Positions 23,601 to 33,984 of a stretch of 64,000 nt of DNA are shown here, piece by piece. Below the pieces are notes generated by a model that was not told where the DNA came from, did not search any database, and worked only from the letters and a program-made list of their open reading frames with translations. Positions within the stretch are counted from its first letter, which is position 1. Each line of letters starts with the position of its first letter. A program made the position numbers and the translations under genes. The DNA comes from Amphiscolops sp. MND2022 (lineage: Eukaryota): NCBI GenBank assembly GCA_964187785.1, contig OZ076409.1, forward strand, positions 87,422,001-87,486,000. Direction: 5' to 3'.

Positions 23601-26600
23601 GGCTAGTAACGATGGAGCATCTGCTGCGATCACTCCTGTACTTAGACTCTGTTGTCGATACCATGCGGAAATCAGCATCTGCGTCAACTATCATTGCGTC
23701 CCAACGCCTTGGTGGCGGTTTCTCTCCGGAATCCCATCTTGAATTCCTGCCCTCGGGAGCGCTCAAGTGCTGAGTGGAGGATGCCGACCAAGGAGGTTCA
23801 GTCTCCGCGCTTTCACGGCTGTCACTGGTGCTCCGCGGGTAACAACTTCCTCCGTCTTCGCCCCATTGCGATGCAACAACTCTCATTTTCAGCGGTTCTG
23901 GGGACAGAGGAGGTATGGACAGTTCGTTTTTCCCAAAGTCAAAAATCACTCTATGCTTTTTCACGAAGTTCAGGCCTAGAATAACTGATGGCTCGCAGTG
24001 GGGAACCACCACAAATTCTTCCTGCTCCTTCATGGGTCCCAGCTGCAAATTCAGTCGGGTTAATCCTTTAGTCGTCACTGGTTGACCGTCTACAGACCGC
24101 AACTCTCCACGAAATTCTTTGACCTCATCAGGGGGTCTAAGCGATTCCATTGTACTTGAGTCCACCACGTTCACGCCAGCTCCCGTGTCCAACAAAATGT
24201 CCATCTCTCTTCCCTCAATTCGGGCTTTCACAAAAACACCACTGTTATAACCAGAACAGTCTACCACACGCACAGCGTTCAGCGCCTTTCTTTCAATTGC
24301 TAAGCCGGCCCTCTCAACAATTTGTGCAGCTTTCTCTCTTGTCAACTTCCCGTGCACCTCAGGAGCGTCTTCGACCATCACCTGCCGTTTGGGGCATTGC
24401 TGGGGAAAATGTCCAAAACCATCGCAAACAGGGCAGATATCGGCTACAAACCCGCCATTCCCCTTGAATTTTTGTTCGGTCGCCACAAGGGTGGCCTCAC
24501 GTTTGGGTGGGTCTGTCATCCCAGCCTGCTTCTCAGGCCTCACAGTTGTTGACAGAGTTTCCATGAACGTCATCATCATCTGTGTCATCTGGTCCATTCT
24601 TCTTGTGAGCTGGTGTATCCCCTCTTTCCACGGTTCGGGTGAATAACCACGGAACTCACAACTTGAGTCTTGCTGCCTTCCAAACTCTTCGTACCGCTCT
24701 TGTTCATTCCGTGAACGGCCACGTGTTGTTCGAGCAATAACTTCCAAGTCAACAGCCCTGTTCACTAGATCCCCAAATGTTTGTGGGTTTTCTTTCAACA
24801 ACTGAACTTCCAGTTGTACATCGCTCAAACCCTCGAGGAACTTCTCGCGGAACAACTCGTCTCTCGTGTTGGGGTCCTTCTCTGAGTAGGCAATTTTTCC
24901 AATGTTTCTCACTCGTCGGGCAAATTCCCTCAGGGTTTCCTCTGGTTGCTGTCGAAGTTTTCTAAATGCTGCTTTCCCCAGACGGTCATTTCGCATCATC
25001 CCCATTTCTCTACCCAGGTAATTGAATAGTGCAGCTAACGTAGGTGCATCTTCCCCATCCACTTGCTCTCTCAGTTCTCGAGGCGCAGCGTTGTACTCGT
25101 CTAATGCGTACCCAATCAAGCACACAGGCACAGCTTGCAGACCTTGCAACTCAGTCCATCCGTTGGCTCTGCCAACTCTGTAAAAGTGCGTTTTCCATTG
25201 GGACCAATCTGGATAGTTCTGCGAGGGGAAGCTGTCAGGTCTGATTGCTCCATTGCCAAACAGCCGATTCTCATTCCCGTTGAGGCCCTGTATCACCCCT
25301 TGGGCGACAGCCTCCATTATTGCAAGTCGCTGTTCGTCTTCCATACCCAAAGCGTTACTTCAGGCACCAACTAGTTGCAATAAGGAAACGTCTCTGTTCT
25401 GTTGTACAAGAACGTTCTCAGTCGATCAACCTCATCGGATAATGTGCTTGTTTTGATCGCGTCGTGAAGGGATTACAGCTAAGTCCCAGTAAAACAATTC
25501 CAAAATAACAGCGATACAGAACTACGAAAATTGCCCACCCAGGAGCGCCACTGTAGAAATTTTTGCTAGAGGGTTGGAGAGAAATACCAATGGCTCGATT
25601 CTAACAGAAAGGTTTAGTTTTTAGTGAGTAAGTTTCGTCCACGTATCGCGTATTCTTTACACAAGGTCTCTCCAGTGCTCAAGTTTCGACTTCAAAAACA
25701 CTATGGAAAAGTTGCTTGCAATTAATACTCTAATTCAGGAATTATCTGGATATAACAAGTCGAAGGTTTCCACAGTATATAAACTCTCAATCAAATAACA
25801 ATAGCACAGCAGGCGAATGAATTATATACAATAACTCGACAAGACTGTGCCAGAATCACGATTCACTCAAAGATTTCCAAGTCCCGGACTTGTAACTAAT
25901 TCTCTGCTCTCACTAAGCAGTTAAGTCAAATTCGATCTCGAGTAGGTTTCTTGCCCGCACACGGCTCAACTTACTCTTAACTTCGTAATCGTTCTTCTGT
26001 GTCAATTCGGTCTCTTTTTCCCTCCCTGAGATATTTATCCATCAGCCGCATTTTTATTGTACCGATGTCGCTCTTTTATTTGCATGCTTTTAACTTCATG
26101 TAGTTCCATTCCTTTTATGGCATGGCAGCTCTCTAGTTATGTTTCGGCCAGACATACTTCGCCGCCAACGACAAATACTTCAACAAAGGTTGTACAAAGT
26201 TCACATTTCAATAATAATTCAAGTCAACCAAGATATTTCCAATATCGAGCCAATCGTTTAATGACCTTGAGTTACATGGTTTTCATGCTCTCTACGTATG
26301 AGGGTTACTTTTCCATCATCCTAGGTACAATACATCGCGAATCGATCCGCCTGACTGAAATGCATAAATTATCGCTTAAAGACGCTGATTTACATGTTTT
26401 AATGTACGTTTTCCTATCTGCTCCGGGGTTACATCTAGAATGGCCTTCAGGTCCATCGGTGACCTTGAGGTCATCTGTCTTCATCTAAAGTTGCTACATG
26501 CCAAGTTATATCGTCCTAGGGTCAATGGTCTTCGAGTTACGTGATATGCGTATCGTTTGTTTACTTAAGGCGGCTAAACCCGCATGGGTTACAAATACTG

Positions 26601-29600
26601 TTCCGTTCACAATAGCAGTCAACTACATTCGTTATCCCAATTCGTTTGAGATATTACAAGCCAAGGTCGAGGTCTATTATCGGTCGGGCCCGCGCGTCCG
26701 GTCCCGCGTGCCTTAAACAAACATTACTCCGCGCGTGGTGGATCGATCAATGTATCTTTCATGTATATTACTTAGGGTCACTAGGTGAACATCTTGGGTA
26801 AGTTTCATGATCTTTGGGTCATCCGTTGGCGATTTACATGACGTTCGGGGTTTATTTACTTAGGGTCCGTGCTCCTCCTACACGCGTCGTAGGGTTCCAA
26901 AAATATGCGCAAACGGCCTAATATCCTATGGGCTATCAATTCCATACAAAATCTGATTTATCCCGTGATTGGCCGACGAGATCATAGGGGGGTCGACCTA
27001 GGTCACTTCCGGTGCTAATAGCCCGGGACTGGGGGGTCTCGGCTCGGTTCCCTTTTTATGGACAAGTAGCATAACAGCTCAGGTATACGTGTGCCAAATT
27101 TCAGCGGGATCGGTTCAGTAGTTCGCCGGGACGGGGGGGTGGTGTTTTTTACATACCTCTTGTTTTTGCCCAAAATAAAAACTTAGTAAATTTTGCTCGA
27201 AGCGGTCGATTCTAACTTAGTTAATTCGGACAAATTCATCATCGGCGTATCTCACTAGCTCGCTAATTTCGCCTATTAAGTTTCGTTTACTTTATAAAAG
27301 TCTAGTTTGCCAAATAAGCCATATCGAAGCACGCTATTGTCAGCCTTTTTAGCTATTGTCATTTTTCCGACGGTCTAAAAACGTGATTAACACAGTTCAA
27401 TTTGTCATATGTACTTCGCGCAAACGCAATGCATTTTTTTTGTAGACGCCAAAAACTAAAATTTCTACACGTACTTTATTGCCATTTTGTTATTTTTGGC
27501 TGTTTCTCAGATCCCAGAAATACGATTTTGATGTCATGGCACACATGATATAGAATGATTGTGAAAAATTCCGTTCGAATCGGATGGACAGTTTTTGAGA
27601 AAATTGAAAAAAGTCCAAAAATGGCTGTTTTTGGCCATTTTTGAACTAATTTTGGCTATATTTCCTAAATCCCAGTCATACGATTTTAATGTCATTGCGA
27701 ACGCAAGAGCACCTTTGGGTGCAGAATGACTGTGCTAAACTTTATAAAAATCGGATGGACAGCTTTTGAGAAATTTGAAATTTTCATTGAAAGGTCGGGA
27801 GATAAAAAGGTGCTTTTTTCAGACTTCTAAAAAACTATTTATCAGTTAAACGAGGTGCCAAAATAAGCCAATAATGTTACAAAAAATGCTAAATTATTTA
27901 TAATTCTAACTGTTCGTGCCAAAGTTTTTTTTGACATAATGACATGACGCCATCAGCTTCGTTCAGTTTTTAACTTATGTTTCTGAAAGAAATCAGTGCG
28001 GAAAAAATCCGACTCAGTGGGTGCTCAGCGGGTGTCTTGTTGAAATTGTTAACAATACAACCTCAGTTTTGTTGAATAGTGTGTCAGTTAAATCTATTTT
28101 GTTCGTCTTCAATGTTTGAAAAAGGAACGCAACATGTGTCAAGAAGCGAATTGATTTTTCAGTAGATAATTGTAAAGTTGACCTGATGTCAACCGTTAAG
28201 CGTGAACAAATTTTGGAAAAGAAAAACAAAGAAATGGACTTTGGATTTGAAACGAAAAGGATGGTTTGAACAAAAAGTGAAAAAATCTTCATCGGCGATC
28301 CTTTATTTTCTTTTTTGAAACAAGAATAAAGGGAAAGCATTGATTGGAATCATCTACCAAAAGATGGGCTTTTGGGTGAAGCAAACGTTAATTATTACGT
28401 TTTAATTATATTACGTTTTGTAATTTTCTGTGAGACAAATCCATTGATTTATTGCAACGAAAAACAACACCAGTTCAGGAAGATACAAAAAAGCTGAGCA
28501 ATTCATTGTTTAGAGGAACAAAAATAATAACAGCATTCAAGCTGTTCCTCAAACATTTTATTGGCCGTATTCATTCCCAATTTTTTTCCTTAAGGGCTTT
28601 GATTAAATTTTGAGCAATTTTGAGCACAACTATGTGCTTGAAACTCTTTTGCAAAAACAATAAATTATGTTTTTCTTGTGCGGCTGAAGAAAAATTCATG
28701 CTGGAGCAATCAGAAAAGTGAGTAACTTTGTCACCACAATCCAAAACATTGAGATAACATGAAATAACTCAGAAAAACAGAACAAACTGGAGGCCTTTGT
28801 GATCTTGAGCAAATCACTTTGAAACTACAGTTTCAAACTGATCGTTACTTGACTACTAGGTTGCAAATAAGGCACAGTATCACAAACTGGTTTTCAGAAT
28901 CTTTCACAAATTCATCTGTTGTTTCCATTGGCCTCATTTTGTTTTTTTTTCACCGCTCAGCATGTTTAATAAAATGTTTCAGTGATTGGGTCCATTCTGT
29001 TTGTGAAGTCATTGCGACAATTGCATCACGCATTCATTGTCAACCTGGCCTTGTGTGACTTCGGAGTGATGGTCATGGATGCATTTGTGCTGATAGGCGC
29101 CATCTACGGAGAGAGACCCTTCATAGAGAAGCCATGGTTGTGTGAGCTCTGTGGCTTCATTTGCATGCTCAGTTGTTTCGGTAGTCTGTGGTCCATGATG
29201 TTCATCGCCATAAACCGGTTATTAAAAACTTCAATTTTTCAAGATTTTTCCGCATTGGTAGCTCATAAAGTTCATTCAAAGTGAATTTATATTGGGAAGG
29301 TTCATTTTCTTGAAGGAAGTTCGAAAATCTTTTTGAGTGTTCGATCTATTTTCAGTGAGACTATGTTGGATACGATTGTGATGGTAAATAATACAGAAGA
29401 TTGTCTAGACTGTCATTGTTCACTTTGAAGGTTAAAGGGTTAAACTTGATTGGTGACGATCCGTCACAGACTATAAAATTACAATATCATACATGGCATC
29501 GAAACACGGTTCATGATTGAGAAGGTAATTCCAATACAGTTTAATCGCTGTCCATTTGTTAGTCGGCGCTTTTCTTTAGAAAAGAGTCGACTATAGTCAT

Positions 29601-32600
29601 GGCTTTTCGTCAGTGTTTTTTTAGGACCACCTGAACTGACCAAAATAGTTCTACCAAAAGTTCTACAAAATTTTCAGAAGACGCCAAAATGTACCTGTTG
29701 GCCCAAGGAACTGAACCAAAAAAGTTTCCCGCGTAACATACAATACCGGACGAGACCAATGGGTCCATTTTTTTGGCACTGTCCGACTTTTTTCAAAAAA
29801 AACTTTTTCCCCACGAAAGGCCTCCCCTTCAATTTTTTTGGAGTTTTGCAACAGAATGGATGTTGAAAAATCCCAAAGGGTCCTCCCTTTCAGTTTTTTT
29901 CGGCATTGTGAGACTTTTTTTCAAAAAATTTTTTTCATAAAAGTAGTCCCAATTCACCAATACTTGGAAATTTTGAAGTCCTTTTGCTATTTTTGAGCCT
30001 TGGATATGGCGCCGACTTGGGCCGTTCCCGGCTTGTTCATACTAGTTTCAACAAATAAAAGAACCAGATTTCTGCAATGATTGACTTGGACTGAAACAAA
30101 AGTTGGCGAGAGATCAATGATTGCGACATTAGTATTTGAAGTTTCTGATTGTACTATGTTGTAGATACCTGTTCATTCTGCACAACCCGGTCTACCACAA
30201 AGTGTTTTCTGTGAGAGGCACGGTGGTGTCTCTGATCCTACTGTGGGTCTGTGTTTGCTCTTTGGATGCAGTGAACTGGCCCTTCATTGGCATCTGGTCG
30301 CATGGATTCAACATCTACGGTCTCCACTGCAGTTTCGTCATGACTATCAACTTCTTCTACAACATGCTCATGGTGTCCGGTCTGGCTGTCGCATTCCCAG
30401 CCCTCATTGTCTTGTTCTGTTACAGTCGCATTCTCTACACCACCTACAGTTGGTTTTTAACTCGCAATTCGGGCTTATTTTTCGTGTTATAAGACATTTT
30501 ACATTAATTGGCGGGGGCCAGAGTCATTGTGCAAAAGGTCTAGGGCATCCAAGCATCGGTACTGTTGGCTTTGAACTGGAAGCTTGCAAAACAGTTTTCT
30601 TTGCACTTTATAAAGAGGATGTATGAAATGGGGCGATTCATATAGGAACATACTTCGGAAAATGATGTTTTATATTGAAAACAAATCAAAAATCAAAAGG
30701 TGATTGCCAACTATTAAGATTCAAACCTATGTATATACTCTACACATTGAGACATACAGATCTAAAGTTTTCCATTTTTATTCTGGTTGCGTGGAAGTCG
30801 GAGAATATTTTGGGGAAACAAGCTGCGATACCTGCTAGCGATAGTTTTTCTAATTTGAATTTGTCGATAAACTTCTGGCGATTGCCTCTGTTATATCTTG
30901 GTTACGATTATGTTCGACTTCAAAGAAATCTGTATCATTTTTTGCTAAATACGATCACAAACTTTGCTTCCTTTAAGGTCTCATTGGAAAATTGTTTCAA
31001 GTAAACTCATAAGGATGAGTTCAATCGAGTGCCTTCTTTTTTTCTACTTGTTACTTAGGGTTGGGTTACCGCAACCTTACCCAAATCCTCAGTTACTCGA
31101 TCCCAATCTTTCATGTATTATTTCCTTTATCGATTGTTCCGTTGGATTTTTGTTTATTACTGCACCAAGTTTGGCTTAGAACAATTTTGTGTGGATAGGT
31201 TTACTGATATACATCTTTATCTTTTTACATCTGTATGTTTGGATATGTATTACACTGCTTTTCAGCAGAGACCGCAAAAATAGTTGTTTTGTTCTTTTAA
31301 ACATCAATAGTTAACTATATACAGTTCTGAGAAAAACATAAAATAGTTGGCAGAAAAGTTGAATTGAATAAGCCGCATAAACAACAATTTTTGCAATGTC
31401 TTCACATTTAATGGTAGCTGAGTTCAATACTTTGTCTTTCATCAAACTGAAAAATCTCTCAACTTCACAAGTGGTCAAACGGGCAAATAAAAAATGTCCA
31501 ATATTTTGCTTCAATTGTTCAATGCCAGGGTTCTTCTCAATGACTTTTATGATTTTTTTTCAGCCTGGGTACCAATAATGGCGCCTTTGAATTCATCTAA
31601 AAGATAGGGTTGCTCTTTAAGTTTCAAGCCATTTCTTTGCATTTCGGAACTTTGCTCCGGATTTTTTTTTCATTTTGACATGAGTTTTTAAATGCTGCTC
31701 AACAAGTGGATTTTTGGTCATGTACAACTGCAACCTCACATAATTTGCAAAACAATATTTTATTGTCGAGAATTTTGGAACAATTATTCAATGAGCGGTA
31801 TTTATTTAGTTTTTCTACAGTGTTAGGCATCGCTTCAGTTGTAGCGTGTAAAATTTATACGTTTAAAACAAGCAGCTAAAACATTTCGGAATTGTAATTA
31901 ACATATAGTTGCTTCTTTGTGATTGGCTAATATAATTACAATAGTTGGAAATAGTTACTAAACTATATTTGCGGTCCCTGCTTTTCAATCTGCAGAAGCC
32001 AAGTTTGGAATTTGCTAAGGTTTGTTGCGGAAGACAGGACTTGATGCTCAAACAAATTAGAGGTTTTCACAGAAAACACTAACAATATAAATTTTAGTTG
32101 ACTTCTCTTAAAATGCAAAATTCATTTCAAAATACAAAATAATGTCCATGCATACACATAGGCAAATGTAATAGGGTACATTCATGCGATATATATTGCG
32201 CTGAGGTCACACTTTTGACACTTAAGTACCTATTAGTCTATACAAGCGTAGTTTAAGTCAAACAATTACTTTACGATTTGATTTGATATGTAGCAGAACT
32301 GAACCTTCTATCTTACACTTTTTTCATTGACACAAGTTGCAACAATTCAAATGACAAATCGGTCAAGCGTTAAATCTGATCGATGAGTAAGTTTAATTGT
32401 TATCCTTGCAGAGCTGGCAGACAAGTTCGGAGGAAGTGCATCAGGAGTGAACAAAAAGCGACAGCAGGAACAGAAACAGTTGACGAGGTCTTTGGTCACC
32501 ATCTTCGCCCTTTTCTGTGTCACCTGGTTCCCCATTGGGGCTGTCATCTTTCTCCTGGGGATGGGAAACAACGTAGTCGAAAAGGTTCCCTTGGGTTAGT

Positions 32601-33984
32601 GTACACATTCTGACGCAATTGTTCCACATGACAAGAAATATAATCATCCTTCATTCGTTTAAACTTCTAGTATATTTTGGAACTCGTTGTGTAAAATGGG
32701 GAAAATGCCCGAAAAGGGTTCAAAAACGTGAAGAGAAGACAAAAGATTACGTTTTGTCATACCTCAATGTTGAAGGAAACAGCCAGTTTTTTGAGAATTG
32801 AACAACAACCTCAGTTGCTGGCTAATCTGAAGAAAGTAGACGAATAGAACCATATCGAAAAACCTGGTCATATAAATAATGTGGTAGTATAGATCACGGT
32901 TTTCAATTTCATTTTTTTAATTCGTTTTTTTTCGTGTACAATGTTTTCGTTTATAGTACGTTTCAAGAACATCGACCAATTAGAGCGTGAAAAACTTGAA
33001 AAAACGTCAAAAAAACGTGAAACATTCGAAAAGAAAGATTGCAAGCATGAAAAAAGGAAAACGTTGTAGTGACGATTTGGTAGCTGCTTTGTTTCAATTC
33101 AAAGATAAAAATCCAAATTGTTCTTTGCGTGGAATATCTCGGATCTTTGGAATATCTTATGAAACAGTTTATGGAATTTTTCAAGGCGAAGTAAAGGAAC
33201 CTGAAGCCAAAAATACAACAAGCCTGGTCCAAACACAGCTGAAAATAGCAGGGAAATGCGTTAAAATTATCAAAAGTTTGCAATTTAACCCGCAGAACAC
33301 TCTCAAAGGTTTGAAACTGGAAAATTTGCTCAACTTTTTAAATCCTAGTATCGAAATGATGTATCCATTCCGTGAAAGATTTGTATTCCAGCACGACAAC
33401 GCTCCTCCGCACACAGCCCAAATATCAAAAATATGGCTTCAGAAGAAATATATTCAAACAATCGATTGGCCTCCATACGGCCCCGATTTGAATCCAATCG
33501 AAATTTTTTGGGGATTTTCGAAGAAAAAATTGGTTCGTGACTGTCCCCAGACTCCAAATGAACTGGCTGTTTATCTGCATAGATGGTGGTGGGATTTAGA
33601 AAATACGAATGCAGTAAAACTTGTTTACTCAATGTTCAAAAGATGCGATAATGTGATAAAAAAAACTCTGGCCTCCGTGATTAAATTGTTTGTTCAACGC
33701 TTATTAGTTGATCGAAGTTCTTGAAACGTACTATAGTGTTTTCCATAACTTTTTTTTCATCATCACATCAGTTGATAACTATCGAGCTTTACTATTCTTT
33801 TTCAGCGGCTGCCGTTTTGCTCGAAGTTTTGGCGCATGTGAACTCTGCAATAAATTACATCGTTCTGGGGCTAACTCACACCGGGTTCCGACAAGCATAC
33901 TTTCAGATATTTCGCGCAATATTTGGATGCAAAAAAGAAAACAGCACCTCCACTTCTGTGCAGAAATCAGAAACTACTAAATAA
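17676..33984 (+). CDS. Class A (rhodopsin-like) GPCR, melatonin-receptor-like; 6 coding exons 17676-17726, 17985-18102, 28983-29217, 30165-30448, 32412-32594, 33806-33984 (1050 nt, 349 aa)
   Basis: All introns are GT..AG with compatible phases (0,1,2,1,1). N-terminal N-glycosylation site NAT. TM1 GIPGNLLV, TM2 FIVNLALCD, TM3 LCELCG...SLWSMMFIAINRY, TM4 W, ECL2 HCSF, TM5 FPALIVLFCYSRI, TM6 FCVTWFP, TM7 NSAINYIVLG, helix 8 FRQAY. NRY in place of DRY is typical of melatonin-receptor-like GPCRs. Confidence 0.9.
18989..20904 (-). repeat. 3' LTR (1916 bp)
   Basis: Direct repeat of 25552-27469 with roughly ten substitutions or 1-nt indels by eye; TG...CA ends. Confidence 0.96.
20905..20916 (-). promoter_or_regulatory. 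Polypurine tract
   Basis: AGAAGGGAAGAG on the minus strand, directly abutting the 3' LTR. Confidence 0.8.
21168..21524 (-). CDS. Small accessory ORF A of the LTR element, unknown function (118 aa; first ATG at 21524)
   Basis: ATG-initiated, GC-richer than its AT-rich flanks, globular-looking composition, weak similarity to ORF B. Confidence 0.45.
   Translation of the reverse strand: MFTTQNFRSSWRAVEKFAFYEMTYFGLYWTWDCPDFEEVVLLERIFFDFGEAPMIAHIHCSDRPRRRNVEVHPGTRRWTSLLATLREIFLYAGNLHREHRLQVGELINFMSNSRKVRE
21751..22053 (+). CDS. Small accessory ORF B of the LTR element (antisense), unknown function (100 aa)
   Basis: ATG in a good context (CAACATGG), GC-richer than flanks, divergent from ORF A across ~225 bp. 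Confidence 0.45.
   Translation: MAQGPFLLNLVWESQYFRVVFEITRMEIAEHHDVQLTVEGELGALCLDYLSPGWVEFVIFLRNLATSEIGLVGVQKLRLLIARQKLWGALREPTPPHFLL
23143..25350 (-). CDS. Gag - CCHC knuckle - aspartic protease - TARG1/OARD1-like macrodomain polyprotein (735 aa)
   Basis: Gag: DWSQWKTHF...ANGW...FRKLRQQPEETLREFARRV...FLEGL. Knuckle CPVCDGFGHFPQQC. Protease LLDTGA...VILGLNF. Macrodomain EGDLF...LAHCVSADFHMRVGVA...YHLVTK...SLPRMGCGLDKLNW (~23541-23126). Confidence 0.9.
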   Translation of the reverse strand: MGMEDEQRLAIMEAVAQGVIQGLNGNENRLFGNGAIRPDSFPSQNYPDWSQWKTHFYRVGRANGWTELQGLQAVPVCLIGYALDEYNAAPRELREQVDGEDAPTLAALFNYLGREMGMMRNDRLGKAAFRKLRQQPEETLREFARRVRNIGKIAYSEKDPNTRDELFREKFLEGLSDVQLEVQLLKENPQTFGDLVNRAVDLEVIARTTRGRSRNEQERYEEFGRQQDSSCEFRGYSPEPWKEGIHQLTRRMDQMTQMMMTFMETLSTTVRPEKQAGMTDPPKREATLVATEQKFKGNGGFVADICPVCDGFGHFPQQCPKRQVMVEDAPEVHGKLTREKAAQIVERAGLAIERKALNAVRVVDCSGYNSGVFVKARIEGREMDILLDTGAGVNVVDSSTMESLRPPDEVKEFRGELRSVDGQPVTTKGLTRLNLQLGPMKEQEEFVVVPHCEPSVILGLNFVKKHRVIFDFGKNELSIPPLSPEPLKMRVVASQWGEDGGSCYPRSTSDSRESAETEPPWSASSTQHLSAPEGRNSRWDSGEKPPPRRWDAMIVDADADFRMVSTTESKYRSDRSRCSIVTSLKPRQTTLFGDDDVDVERGNLKYKEIEGDLFSSKGCLAHCVSADFHMRVGVAKQVKTRYPTTYPKDVDHKRQPVFAQWIEGERRYVYHLVTKQRYFEKPAYESVKTWLQQMRTHAEWSGVHRISLPRMGCGLDKLNWSEIRSLIKDVFNGVT
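25534..25550 (-). promoter_or_regulatory. Primer-binding site, tRNA-Asn-like
   Basis: Minus strand TGGCGCTCCTGGGTGGG, 1 nt from the LTR. It is complementary to CCCACCCAGGAGCGCCA, close to the animal tRNA-Asn 3' end CCCACCCAGGGACGCCA. Confidence 0.75.
25552..27469 (-). repeat. 5' LTR (1918 bp)
   Basis: Direct repeat of 18989-20904; adjacent to the PBS. Confidence 0.96.
27500..27800. repeat. Two ~170-bp tandem units of an interspersed repeat (Helitron-like core motif)
   Basis: ATCCCAG..ATACGATTTT.ATGTCAT...GAATGA.TGTG...AATCGGATGGACAG.TTTTGAGAAA occurs at ~27511-27605 and ~27669-27780. Confidence 0.5.
29559..30037 (+). mobile_element. Helentron/DINE-1-like non-autonomous repeat, copy B (GPCR intron 3)
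   Basis: TTAGTCGGCGCTTTT...AAAAGAGTCGACT 5' end. 3' end TTTTGAGCCTTGGATATGGCGCCGACTT, then hairpin GCCG-ttcc-CGGC and TTGTT. Confidence 0.65.
31311..31760 (-). pseudogene. Remnant of a hAT-related (CGGBP-like) transposase C-terminus
   Basis: Minus frame ...IIKVIEKNPGIEQLKQNIGHFLFARLTTCEVERFFSLMK, resembling the KNPG...FxxAPxTSxxVERxFS dimerisation motif. Confidence 0.5.
32954..33733 (+). mobile_element. Internally deleted Tc1 element (780 bp) in GPCR intron 5
   Basis: TA flanks and TIRs TAGTACGTTTCAAGAAC(A/T)TCGA. ORF 32987-33724 has an HTH (SLRGISRIFGISYETVYGI) and FQHDNAPPH...WPPYGPDLNPIE (D34E) but lacks the first catalytic D region. Confidence 0.88.

Larger units (their letters stand above)
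18989..27469 (-). mobile_element. Young non-autonomous Gypsy-type LTR retrotransposon (8481 bp) in GPCR intron 2
   Basis: Near-identical LTRs 18989-20904 and 25552-27469 (TGTAGAAATTTT...AAAATTTCTACA). 5-bp TSD CGTAC (18984-18988, 27470-27474). PBS at 25534-25550 and PPT at 20905-20916 give minus orientation. Gag-PR-macrodomain ORF, no RT/RH/IN. Confidence 0.96.

Noticed and set aside
31810..31845. Possible extra GPCR mini-exon (TTTCTACAG|TGTTAGGCATCGCTTCA|GT)
   Set aside because: The phases are incompatible with the flanking exons; direct joining of 30448 to 32412 already gives a normal ICL3.
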